Of a stretch of DNA of 64,000 nt, positions 56,047 to 64,000 are shown piece by piece. The position numbers and the translations under genes were made by a program. The stretch lies in the IMG/VR virus record IMGVR_UViG_3300006841_000093, positions 70,506-134,505 of that record. The stretch is one strand, 5' to 3'. The DNA comes from a virus. The notes beneath the pieces were generated by a model. That model saw only the letters and a program-made list of their open reading frames with translations. It ran no database searches and was not told the DNA's origin. Numbering within the stretch: position 1 is the stretch's first letter; every line of letters begins with the position of its first letter.

Positions 56047-56863
56047 TTTTTCTCAAATCTTTATCGGTTCATATATGTCCGCATCCAAATTTGCTACTGT
56101 AGATATGGATGTAATTAGACCTGCGGTATTAAATACATTACGAATGTATAGAACCAAATTTGTATCTGAGTTTGGTGAATTAATTTTATGTTGTGATGAT
56201 CGAAAGACATGGCGTAAAGATATATTTCCAAACTACAAGGCGTCTAGGAAAAAGACTAGAGCGGCCACTTCAATAGATTGGGATAATCTTTACGAATCTT
56301 TAAATCAATTAAAAGAAGAATTAATAGAATGGTTTCCTTATAAATTAGTTCAAGTAGAGAAGGCAGAGGCAGATGATATTATCGCTGTATTAGTAGAATT
56401 AATAAATGAAAGAAGTTTGATATTATCAAGTGATAAAGATTTTGTTCAATTACATGGTTTTAATGTTAGACAATATTCCCCTATGCAAAAGAAGTTTGTA
56501 GAAGGAGATGCTAAGTGGAATCTTCATGAAAAAATTATAAAGGGTGATGTTGGAGATGGTGTTCCAAATATTATGAGTGATGATAATGTATTTATAGATG
56601 AAGGAAGACGCCAGAAACCAATAACCAAGAAGAAAGTAGATGCTTGGTATGAACTAGATCCAGATATGTATTGTAGTAGTGAGATGTTAAGAAACTATAA
56701 TAGAAACAAACAGTTAGTTGATTTGGGTGAAGTACCTTCATCAATTCGTATAAATATAACTAAACAATTTGAAACTATTGCAGTTGGTGATAGAAAAAGA
56801 TTACTCACATATTTTATAAATCATAGATTGAAAAACCTTACAGAAAGTTTATCGGAGTTTTAA
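56030..56863 (+). CDS. rnh: RNase H / 5'-3' exonuclease (T4 rnh)
   Basis: LVDFSQI, WRKDIFPNYKASR, EADDIIA, SSDKDF and GDVGDGVPNI motifs. Confidence 0.95.
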   Translation: MAQLVDFSQIFIGSYMSASKFATVDMDVIRPAVLNTLRMYRTKFVSEFGELILCCDDRKTWRKDIFPNYKASRKKTRAATSIDWDNLYESLNQLKEELIEWFPYKLVQVEKAEADDIIAVLVELINERSLILSSDKDFVQLHGFNVRQYSPMQKKFVEGDAKWNLHEKIIKGDVGDGVPNIMSDDNVFIDEGRRQKPITKKKVDAWYELDPDMYCSSEMLRNYNRNKQLVDLGEVPSSIRINITKQFETIAVGDRKRLLTYFINHRLKNLTESLSEF

Positions 56864-56866
56864 TTT

Positions 56867-57289
56867 ATGGCGATAAGAAGTATTCCATTAATTTTTGAAG
56901 ATGTAGCAGCTGCGAATTCCATTGAGGCTAGAAAGAAAGTCTTATTGGAAAACGAATCAAATCCTCTAAAGGACTTATTAAAATATGCCTTTCATCCAGA
57001 TATAAAATTTGCTCTACCTTCTGGAGAGCCACCATACAAATGTGTAGGATCTCCTGATGAGTATAATCCCACATATCTATATCCCAATATTAGAAAATTT
57101 TATCTATACATTGAAGGGGGTCATGACGGACTTACTCAATTAAGAAGGGAGTCACTTTTTATTCAGATGTTAGAGGGATTACATCCCAAAGAGGCTAAAG
57201 TAGTAATTCAAGTTAAAGATAAAAAGTTAAAGTATAGAGGTTTAACTTATAAATTAGTCAAGGAAACTTTTCCAGAAATATTACCATAA
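56867..57289 (+). CDS. conserved T4-like hypothetical protein
   Basis: LP.GEPPY...RRESLFIQMLEGLHPKEA pattern. Confidence 0.7.
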   Translation: MAIRSIPLIFEDVAAANSIEARKKVLLENESNPLKDLLKYAFHPDIKFALPSGEPPYKCVGSPDEYNPTYLYPNIRKFYLYIEGGHDGLTQLRRESLFIQMLEGLHPKEAKVVIQVKDKKLKYRGLTYKLVKETFPEILP

Positions 57290-57621
57290 TGATAGATGTA
57301 AATAAATTTGAAAATAGGATAGTTAAATTTAAGCGTATATCTGAAGGGGTTGAAAAGGTTAGTCACGCCGAAATTAGGCGTATAGATTATGATACTTCTT
57401 CAGCTATGCCACGTTCTGTCACAGCAAGATTTGTTGGGCCACCATTAAATGCAATAATGACTTTAAATTACGATGAAGAAAGAAAAACATTTAGAGGTGG
57501 ATTAGGACCTGATATTATTGAATCGGATTTTAATATTGAAGAATATATTAAAGATTCTCAATTAGGTTCAGGAAACGAAACTGTTGTCAGAAGTCGCCGA
57601 AGGGGTCGAGCGAAATTCTAG
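57289..57621 (+). CDS. hypothetical protein
   Basis: ORF track. Confidence 0.55.
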   Translation: MIDVNKFENRIVKFKRISEGVEKVSHAEIRRIDYDTSSAMPRSVTARFVGPPLNAIMTLNYDEERKTFRGGLGPDIIESDFNIEEYIKDSQLGSGNETVVRSRRRGRAKF

Positions 57622-57648
57622 GAACGTTAACCCAATAGTAAGAGGACT

Positions 57649-58263
57649 ATGAAGAAAATTATTTTACTTCTTATTTTATTCATTGCTTCTGTTGGAATGA
57701 CAGGATTTTCAGGAACATCTCCTAAAGGAGATTTCTATTACATGCATCCACAAAATACAACAACAAGTGGATTAATTGAAATAGCAGAAAACGTTATTAG
57801 TAAAAGTTTAGTAATAGACGATAAAGAAGTTACATGTATGGCAAAGAATATTTTCTTTGAAGCCGCAGTCGAAAGTACGGCAGGGAAATTAGCTGTAGCC
57901 CATGTAACATTAAATAGAGTTGATTCAAAACATTTTCCAAGTTCAGTTTGTGAAGTTGTTTATGAAGGACCACATTATACCGGAGCAAATGGTCAACTTT
58001 ATCCTGTAAGGGATCGTTGTCAATTTTCGTGGTATTGTGATGGTAAAGGTGATGATCCAAGAGAAGGATCAAGGTTGTGGGAAGATGCACAAGAGTTGGC
58101 AAAATATGTTTTATTGAGATCAGAAGAATTGCCAGATATTACAGATGGTGCACTTTTTTATCACGCTAGTTATATTAATATTCCTAATGGGTGGAATAAG
58201 AAAAAGGTAACTACAAAGATAGATACACATATTTTTTATAGGCCAAATAGTATGAGATTGTAA
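57649..58263 (+). CDS. cell-wall hydrolase (SleB/Hydrolase_2)
   Basis: signal peptide; CMAKNIFFEA, VAHVTLNRV, CQFSWYCDG, GALFYHA and HIFY motifs. Confidence 0.9.
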   Translation: MKKIILLLILFIASVGMTGFSGTSPKGDFYYMHPQNTTTSGLIEIAENVISKSLVIDDKEVTCMAKNIFFEAAVESTAGKLAVAHVTLNRVDSKHFPSSVCEVVYEGPHYTGANGQLYPVRDRCQFSWYCDGKGDDPREGSRLWEDAQELAKYVLLRSEELPDITDGALFYHASYINIPNGWNKKKVTTKIDTHIFYRPNSMRL

Positions 58264-58265
58264 TT

Positions 58266-58853
58266 ATGTTTTTTAGTCATGCAAGTCAGTTGAATATATT
58301 TTTTTTCGATAGTGATCCGTCAATGTGTGCATTTGCACATTGTGATGAACATATACATGAAATGATTCCTGTATACTCTCAGATATTATCTAATGCACAT
58401 CACATCTTAGATCCAGAAGGTGAGATTATTGAACACATTAAACCTTTAGACCCAGGCTTTCCGAATGTTCAGATGGAAGTTCAGGTAGCTTGGGCTAAAG
58501 ATGCAGAGAGTAACTATCAATGGTTACATGATCTTTGGTTTTGGATGAACAAAGAATATTGGTATCGTTTTGATGGAATGCACGAAGATTGGAATACGTT
58601 GTATAATAAGTTAAGTCATACTCCCCAAAATATTCCCGATAGTAATTTCACTTCCCCCTCCTCATTAGTTCCAGAAGAATTTAAAGAAACTAAATTAGAA
58701 GATGACTTACAAAACACTATTGCTGGATATAGAAATTTTTATCGATGGTGGGTTGATAATAATGATTGTAAATGGAGTGCTCCAGAGGGAGCAACTAGAA
58801 CAGCACCAGATTGGATTATAAGAACAGAGGAAACGATAGATGCCAACGTATGA
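58266..58853 (+). CDS. pyrimidine-dimer DNA glycosylase (DenV)-like protein, degenerate
   Basis: NIFFFDSDP..CA..HCDEH...SQILSNAH and ...YRNFY... pattern. Confidence 0.6.
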   Translation: MFFSHASQLNIFFFDSDPSMCAFAHCDEHIHEMIPVYSQILSNAHHILDPEGEIIEHIKPLDPGFPNVQMEVQVAWAKDAESNYQWLHDLWFWMNKEYWYRFDGMHEDWNTLYNKLSHTPQNIPDSNFTSPSSLVPEEFKETKLEDDLQNTIAGYRNFYRWWVDNNDCKWSAPEGATRTAPDWIIRTEETIDANV

Positions 58854-59130
58854 TTATCAATGTTCAGAATGTGGACATACATTTGAGGAGACTTTAAAAA
58901 TAGCAGATCGTAATGCGCCCTGTGAAACTCCTTGTCAACAAGATATACCTCAAACCAAACACATGAGTATTAAATGTAATGGTGAAGTAACACAAGTTAT
59001 GCATGCTCCATATTTTGGTTATGATAATATAAAAACTAAACATTCACAAAATAATAAAGTTCCAAGTTGGTATACAGATAAAATAAAGGATCTTAAAAAA
59101 TCGAAGAGATTTCCTGGCAATACATTATGA
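58840..59130 (+). CDS. FmdB-family zinc-ribbon protein
   Basis: MPTYDYQCSECGHTFE. Confidence 0.85.
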   Translation: MPTYDYQCSECGHTFEETLKIADRNAPCETPCQQDIPQTKHMSIKCNGEVTQVMHAPYFGYDNIKTKHSQNNKVPSWYTDKIKDLKKSKRFPGNTL

Positions 59131-59801
59131 AAAAGTTTATACATCTTGCCAATAGACCAGAATTGTCTTTTGGAATGAGGACTGAAAATCACAATGGAAA
59201 GAGACATTATGTTACCCCTGAAGGTGGACTATATCCATCAATCACAACAGTACTTGGCGAGTTGTCCAAAGCTGCAATACAGGCTTGGAGAGAACGCGTT
59301 GGAGAAGAAGAGGCAAATAAAATTTCGGGAAAAGCTTCCCGTAGAGGAACAAGCGTACATTCTGTCTGTGAATCCTATATCAAAAACGAAGACGATTTCA
59401 TTGATGGACAAACGCCCAACATTATTGAATTATTCAAAACGATTGAACCGTTCTTTGAAAGAATCAATAACGTTCACGGAGTTGAATTAGCATTATATTC
59501 GGATCATTTTGGGATCGCAGGGAGAACAGATTTAATTGCAGAGTTTGATGGTACGTTATCGATAATAGATTATAAGACAAGTAATAAGGCAAAGAAGAAA
59601 GAGTGGTGTGAAAGTTATTTCGCTCAAGGTGCATTTTACGGAGTTGCATACGAAGAACTCACAAAAATTCCTGTACCACAAGTTGTAATAATTATGGCAG
59701 TTGAAAATGAAGCACCACAATTATTTGTAGAAAAAAGAGATGATTGGATTGATAAGATTTGGGAAGCCAAAAAATTATATTATGAGTCACATCTTTTGTG
59801 A
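59127..59801 (+). CDS. PD-(D/E)xK exonuclease (T4-like phage type)
   Basis: YPSITTVL, RGTSVH and AGRTDLIA...IIDYKTS motifs. Confidence 0.88.
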   Translation: MKKFIHLANRPELSFGMRTENHNGKRHYVTPEGGLYPSITTVLGELSKAAIQAWRERVGEEEANKISGKASRRGTSVHSVCESYIKNEDDFIDGQTPNIIELFKTIEPFFERINNVHGVELALYSDHFGIAGRTDLIAEFDGTLSIIDYKTSNKAKKKEWCESYFAQGAFYGVAYEELTKIPVPQVVIIMAVENEAPQLFVEKRDDWIDKIWEAKKLYYESHLL

Positions 59802-59802
59802 C

Positions 59803-59809
59803 CTAAATA
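59803..59809 (+). promoter_or_regulatory. probable late promoter of the tmRNA gene
   Basis: CTAAATA immediately before the acceptor piece. Confidence 0.5.
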
Positions 59810-60073
59810 TTATTGAAGCTGTTGAAGTTTCTGAATAGCAGGTAAGACACCGGTGCGATTCCGGTCAGCTCCACCAAGAGTTCACTATCACATTTTGTGA
59901 ATTGTTGATGGGGCTGTAATAGAATTCGATTGGTTGTGATGTCAGAGAAAGAGGTTTCAATTAAACATAATCGCAAATAATAACGATTATACACCTGCAT
60001 ATGCATACGCAATCGCTGCGTAAGATATAGCCGAGTTGTGGCCGTCACTTGGGAACAGAAGCACGGTCAGCTA
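59810..60073 (+). ncRNA. ssrA: circularly permuted (two-piece) tmRNA
   Basis: T-arm ACCGG-TGCGATT-CCGGT plus CAGCTCC-A-CCA (ends 59876) lies upstream of the 5' end GGGGCTG (59910); 7-bp acceptor stem with G3:U70; tag 59973-60023 ANNNDYTPAYAYAIAA*; pseudoknot CCGAG/GGCCGT/CTTGG/ACGGTC. Confidence 0.92.
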
Positions 60074-60092
60074 ATTTTAATAGGAGTCAATT

Positions 60093-60362
60093 ATGTCAGA
60101 TTATAAAAATGGTTACAGATCAGAAGTAGCAAGATATATAAGAATACCTATTGAAAGAAAAGAATACGAAGAATATGTAGAGACAAGAGATTTGGTAGAC
60201 TTGGCCGGTAGAATTGAAAGGGGTGAACCACATGAAGTTAATCCTAACTATGGTGGACAAGGATATACATATCTTTATCCTGAAACAAAAGATTTAGGTA
60301 GATTAAAAGTAACCCCTGTAGAAGATACATGGAAATTAGAATGGGAGAATCTTCATGGCTGA
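60093..60362 (+). CDS. hypothetical protein
   Basis: AGGAG RBS. Confidence 0.6.
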   Translation: MSDYKNGYRSEVARYIRIPIERKEYEEYVETRDLVDLAGRIERGEPHEVNPNYGGQGYTYLYPETKDLGRLKVTPVEDTWKLEWENLHG

Positions 60363-60855
60363 ATATAAAAATGACGAACCTTGTGAATTTGTATATAGAG
60401 TTGAAACAGTTTCGAAAGTAGTAGATGGAGATACATTAGATTGTGTCTTTGATTTGGGGTTTGATGTTATGGGTAAATTTCGTGTGAGATTGTTAGGTAT
60501 AGATACACCCGAATCTAGGACAAGAGATCTAGAAGAAAAATTCTATGGTTTAAAATCTAAGGAAGCTCTCAAGTCATGGGTACATTGGGCAATCATGTCA
60601 GATAGAGATGATATTGATATACAGATTAGATGTCCAGAAGCAGACAGTAGAGGAAAGTTTGGAAGAATACTAGGCGAGATCTGGATTAATTGTACTTCAG
60701 AAGGTGAACATAGTGGATGGACAAACATAAATAAATGGATGTGTGAGAATGGTCACGCAGTGGGATATCATGGACAAAATAAAGATGATGTTCAAGATGC
60801 TCACATGGCTAATAGAAAATTACTGAATGAGCAAGGAATAGTATATAAAGGATAA
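60355..60855 (+). CDS. thermonuclease (SNase)-family nuclease
   Basis: VVDGDT, VRLLGIDTPE and GKFGRILG motifs. Confidence 0.9.
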   Translation: MAEYKNDEPCEFVYRVETVSKVVDGDTLDCVFDLGFDVMGKFRVRLLGIDTPESRTRDLEEKFYGLKSKEALKSWVHWAIMSDRDDIDIQIRCPEADSRGKFGRILGEIWINCTSEGEHSGWTNINKWMCENGHAVGYHGQNKDDVQDAHMANRKLLNEQGIVYKG

Positions 60856-60856
60856 T

Positions 60857-61126
60857 ATGGCAAATCACATTGAATCTATAGAAGTAAGAAAAAGACGAGC
60901 ACAATGGGCAAGGATTTCTTTATCTTGGGCTGTCGTTGGAACATTTTTAATATTATTATATTTGTTGTTTTTTTCTGATGCTGTTGCAGATAATCACATG
61001 CAACTGATAAACATTCTGGTAGGAGCCTACGTGGCTGTGCTAGCGAAGTCAACCGATTTCTGGTTCAAGGAGAAAGACGATCCTGAAACTAAGGAAGGGG
61101 AAGAGGCATTAGCAAATGGGCATTAA
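60857..61126 (+). CDS. two-TM protein (holin-like)
   Basis: two TMs; LVGAY...DFWF. Confidence 0.5.
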   Translation: MANHIESIEVRKRRAQWARISLSWAVVGTFLILLYLLFFSDAVADNHMQLINILVGAYVAVLAKSTDFWFKEKDDPETKEGEEALANGH

Positions 61127-61340
61127 AATGAATAACTCTATGGTCTTCATGGAGAATATTGAGAACTTGGTTCAACAAACTAAGATGACCTATATAGATG
61201 CTGTTATGCATTACTGTGAAGAAAATAAATTAGAACCTGAAACCGCCGGTAAAATGATCGGTGGTAAACTAAAACAAAATATTCAGGAGGAAGCAGAAGA
61301 CCTTCATCTTATTGAGAGGACTTCTAAACTTCCACTATAA
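61116..61340 (+). CDS. 33: late-promoter transcription co-activator (T4 gp33)
   Basis: IENLV...TYIDAVMHYCEEN.LEPE...KLKQNIQEEA..L...SKLPL; located next to gene 32. Confidence 0.88.
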   Translation: MGIKMNNSMVFMENIENLVQQTKMTYIDAVMHYCEENKLEPETAGKMIGGKLKQNIQEEAEDLHLIERTSKLPL

Positions 61341-61345
61341 CATAC

Positions 61346-61373
61346 TTGACAAATAAGGAAAGTGTGTTATAAT
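61346..61373 (+). promoter_or_regulatory. sigma70-type promoter for gene 32
   Basis: TTGACA-16 nt-TATAAT with extended TG. Confidence 0.85.
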
Positions 61374-61445
61374 ATAATTATATGTAAGTGAAATAAATCG
61401 CAATACAATTAATACAACGCTATACGAATAATACGAAAGGAAAAT

Positions 61446-62342
61446 ATGTCGTTTGCAGATATGAAGAAAAAACGTGGAGATAAACTCCAATCCCTCCTAA
61501 AAGAAACCGCAAAAATTAATACCCCAACCAGAGGTCAAGGTGATGATGATCGTTTCTGGCGTCCAGAATTGGACAAGTCTGGAAATGGTATGGCAGTAGT
61601 TCGATTCCTGCCCGCACCTGATGGTGAAGACTTGCCGTGGGCAAGAACTTGGAATCATGGATTTCAAGGTCCAGGTGGATGGTATATCGAAAACTCTTTA
61701 ACTACTCTTGGTCAGAAAGATCCAGTTAGTGAATATAATTCACAACTTTGGAATTCTGGTATTGAGGCAAATAAAGATATTGCTCGTAAACAGAAACGTA
61801 GACTTACTTACATTTCTAATGTTTACGTTATCAAAGACCCCGCCAATCCTCAGAACGAAGGCACAATTCGTTTGTATAAGTTTGGTAAGAAGATTTGGGA
61901 TAAACTCAATGATAAGATGAATCCTCAATTTGAAGATGAGACTCCAGTAAATCCATTTGATTTATGGGAAGGTTGTAATTTCAAAATCAAGATTCGTAAG
62001 ATGGATGGTTTTTCCAATTATGATAAGAGTGAATTTGAAACTCCTTCTGCACTTCATGAAGATGAAGCCAAGATGGAAGAAATCTGGAAGACTGAACATT
62101 CTTTGGAAGAGTTTACTGATGAAAAGAATTTCAAGTCTTATGCAGAGTTAAAAGAGAAGATGGAACGTGTACTCGGATTAACAACTACTGTATCTGAAGA
62201 TGTTCCGTTTGATGGTGGTAAACCTATGACTCCTACTCAAGCAGCTGTTAAACCACCTGTAACTGAGACTCCAGTTGTAGCAGAAACTGCAGGAGATTCT
62301 GAAGAGTATTCCTACTTTGCAAAATTAGCTGAGCAAGATTAA
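61446..62342 (+). CDS. 32: single-stranded DNA-binding protein (T4 gp32)
   Basis: DDRFW, AVVRFLP, GPGGWYIENS, KFGKKI, PFDLWEG and NYDKSEF motifs; acidic tail YFAKLAEQD. Confidence 0.97.
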   Translation: MSFADMKKKRGDKLQSLLKETAKINTPTRGQGDDDRFWRPELDKSGNGMAVVRFLPAPDGEDLPWARTWNHGFQGPGGWYIENSLTTLGQKDPVSEYNSQLWNSGIEANKDIARKQKRRLTYISNVYVIKDPANPQNEGTIRLYKFGKKIWDKLNDKMNPQFEDETPVNPFDLWEGCNFKIKIRKMDGFSNYDKSEFETPSALHEDEAKMEEIWKTEHSLEEFTDEKNFKSYAELKEKMERVLGLTTTVSEDVPFDGGKPMTPTQAAVKPPVTETPVVAETAGDSEEYSYFAKLAEQD

Positions 62343-62475
62343 TGTCTAGTGAAAATAATACTATGTATGGATTTTTATTTTGTGTTTTTGTGGTTAGTTT
62401 ATCTGTAGCATGTTGGGGTTCACCTGATTTGATTGATGCTTTGATATACAATCTTTCAGATGGTTTTTATAAACC

Positions 62476-63999
62476 CTAATCAAGTGTACTAGGAATATCA
62501 GATTGATTTGGTGAAATTGGAGAAGGTGGGAGCATAAAGCCGGGACCTTGATTTTGATTTATTTGAGTTGTAGATGGTGAATTTACAACAATCGGTGCTC
62601 CGCCTCCTTCAGTTAATTGGTTACTTTCTCTTTGTAATCCAGTAAGTTCTTGTCCTGTTTGCATAGAGGATAAAATTTGTGTACCAGCCTTGAAAACTTC
62701 CATAGCTTGATTATCTACAACCATTTCATCTTTGTGTAATTTATATGTGCCGGTTGCTGGAACCATACCGCCAGTTTCAAACTGACCCATTATAGGTTCC
62801 ATTTTGTAAATACCTCCCGCCAAAAGTTTTTCTGAAGATATTCCTGAAAGTGAATCTTTAAGTTTTGCAATTGCAGCAGGATCAATTGACTCGGCAAATT
62901 CATTTATGGCTTTTCCTGCTTTAGCTGGATCTGCATCATCAAAAGCTCCGAATGCATTTGCAAGACCCATAATTCCATCAGAAGCGTCTTTTAGACCTGG
63001 TCCTATTTTGGCAAATTTTTGAAACTTTTCAACGGGGTCTTCTTTCTCACTACTGAACATATCTCCAAAGGCACTAGCCATTTTACCAATAGCTCCACCA
63101 CCACCGAAGGCTAGTAATCCAACACCTAGTTTCTTGATGCCGTCTCCAACTATTGCAAAGTTTGATCCATCTATTGTTCCGAATTTTTCAACAGACATTG
63201 CAACTTCTGATAATCCTTTTGGATCATTAAGTAATGCGGCTAATGCTCCACCAGCACCAAAGGCTAATAATCCTACACCCACTTTTTCCATTCCAGTACC
63301 AACCATTGATAGATTATCTCCGGCAATCTGACCAAACATTTCTACACTATTAGCTACACTTTTTAATCCTCCTTCTCCTGGATCTAGTAATGCTGCTAAT
63401 GCTCCTCCCATTCCAAAGGCTGCTAGTCCAATACCAATATCTTTCATACCGTCACCTACGGCAGAGAGATTAGCCGAATCAATTGCACCAAACATTTCTA
63501 CAGATTTGGCTATACTTTCAAGTTCTGCAGTAGTGGGCATAAAGGCCGCACCTACAGCGGCACCCGCTCCAAATAGTGCAAGAGCTATAGCCATTGCAGT
63601 TAATCCTGCCGCGACTGCCAACATATTTCCGGCACTAAGTGCGGCTAATCGTTCTATTCCAGTAACTACACCATCTATTATAGTTACTATTGTGTCACCA
63701 ATTGTTTTAATTAAATCACCAACAGCCCCTATTACTTTACTTACTGTATCACCAATAGAATTAATAACATCCGAAATAGCCTTTCCTATTGATTCTATAA
63801 TGCCACCGATATTTGTAACAACTGCTATTATAATATCACCGACAACCTGAATAGCCTTACCTACTTCTTTGATTACTACTTCTACAGTTTTTAATAATTG
63901 TTGTATAGTTTTGTTAAGTGTTGGATCTGTAATAATATCTTTTATTATTTTGAATACTTTTACAACTACAACACCAATTGCCTTTACAATTTTTTCTAT
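62476..63999 (-). CDS. tape-measure/baseplate-hub-like tail protein, 5'-truncated by the window edge
   Basis: frame stays open from 63999 (IEKIVKAIGVVVVKVF...) into the track ORF; helical A/G/I repeats; F..GG.V...G C-terminal motif. Confidence 0.6.
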   Translation of the reverse strand: MEKIVKAIGVVVVKVFKIIKDIITDPTLNKTIQQLLKTVEVVIKEVGKAIQVVGDIIIAVVTNIGGIIESIGKAISDVINSIGDTVSKVIGAVGDLIKTIGDTIVTIIDGVVTGIERLAALSAGNMLAVAAGLTAMAIALALFGAGAAVGAAFMPTTAELESIAKSVEMFGAIDSANLSAVGDGMKDIGIGLAAFGMGGALAALLDPGEGGLKSVANSVEMFGQIAGDNLSMVGTGMEKVGVGLLAFGAGGALAALLNDPKGLSEVAMSVEKFGTIDGSNFAIVGDGIKKLGVGLLAFGGGGAIGKMASAFGDMFSSEKEDPVEKFQKFAKIGPGLKDASDGIMGLANAFGAFDDADPAKAGKAINEFAESIDPAAIAKLKDSLSGISSEKLLAGGIYKMEPIMGQFETGGMVPATGTYKLHKDEMVVDNQAMEVFKAGTQILSSMQTGQELTGLQRESNQLTEGGGAPIVVNSPSTTQINQNQGPGFMLPPSPISPNQSDIPSTLD

Positions 64000-64000
64000 G

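Noticed and set aside
59127-59801. Cas4-like nuclease as evidence of a CRISPR system
   Set aside because: It is a common T4-like PD-(D/E)xK exonuclease; no repeat-spacer array or other cas genes were seen.
518-60728. Numerous minus-strand and alternative-frame ORFs in the track (e.g. 3363-3593, 6475-6864, 19046-19423, 24182-24577, 43947-44342, 59803-60048)
   Set aside because: They lie antisense to or inside well-supported + strand genes or the tmRNA, and have no RBS or motifs; they are shadow ORFs.
1-64000. Genome-wide stop-codon reassignment
   Set aside because: TAA, TAG and TGA all end well-conserved genes at the expected positions; only the UGA at 36416 has recoding context.

Overview
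This is a 64-kb segment of a large, AT-rich T4-like (myovirus-type) bacteriophage genome, most similar in content to marine T4-like phages. It is recognised from gp32 SSB, gp33, gp61 primase, RNase H and a gp68-like prohead core protein. Almost all genes are on the + strand; only the last, tape-measure-like gene is on the - strand. Layout: 1-12 kb is a head-associated region, where many genes begin with a T4 internal-protein-like capsid-targeting sequence. 12-21 kb holds host-derived genes (iscA-iscA-iscU, amino-acid binding protein, PycTM-like protein, holin plus lipase). 21-28 kb is DNA metabolism (primase, thyX, class II RNR, RuvC-like). 28-40 kb is accessory (clpS, SAMDC-like, halogenase, sulfotransferase, bS21, glutaredoxin, pyrD, pyrF). 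41-42 kb is a gene-poor, promoter- and structure-rich region that may be an origin. 43-53 kb has oxygenases, clpP and early-promoter cassettes, and 53-62 kb has replication and transcription genes. Three highlights are missed by the ORF track. (1) A phage selenoprotein of the SelW/Rdx family with an in-frame UGA in a CxxU motif and a downstream SECIS-like hairpin (36365-36643). (2) A circularly permuted two-piece tmRNA gene with tag ANNNDYTPAYAYAIAA (about 59810-60073). (3) An array of putative capsid-packaged cargo enzymes, including two ADP-ribosyltransferase-like paralogs. Several unexplained structured RNAs are also present. All assignments come from motif recognition by eye; no searches were run.
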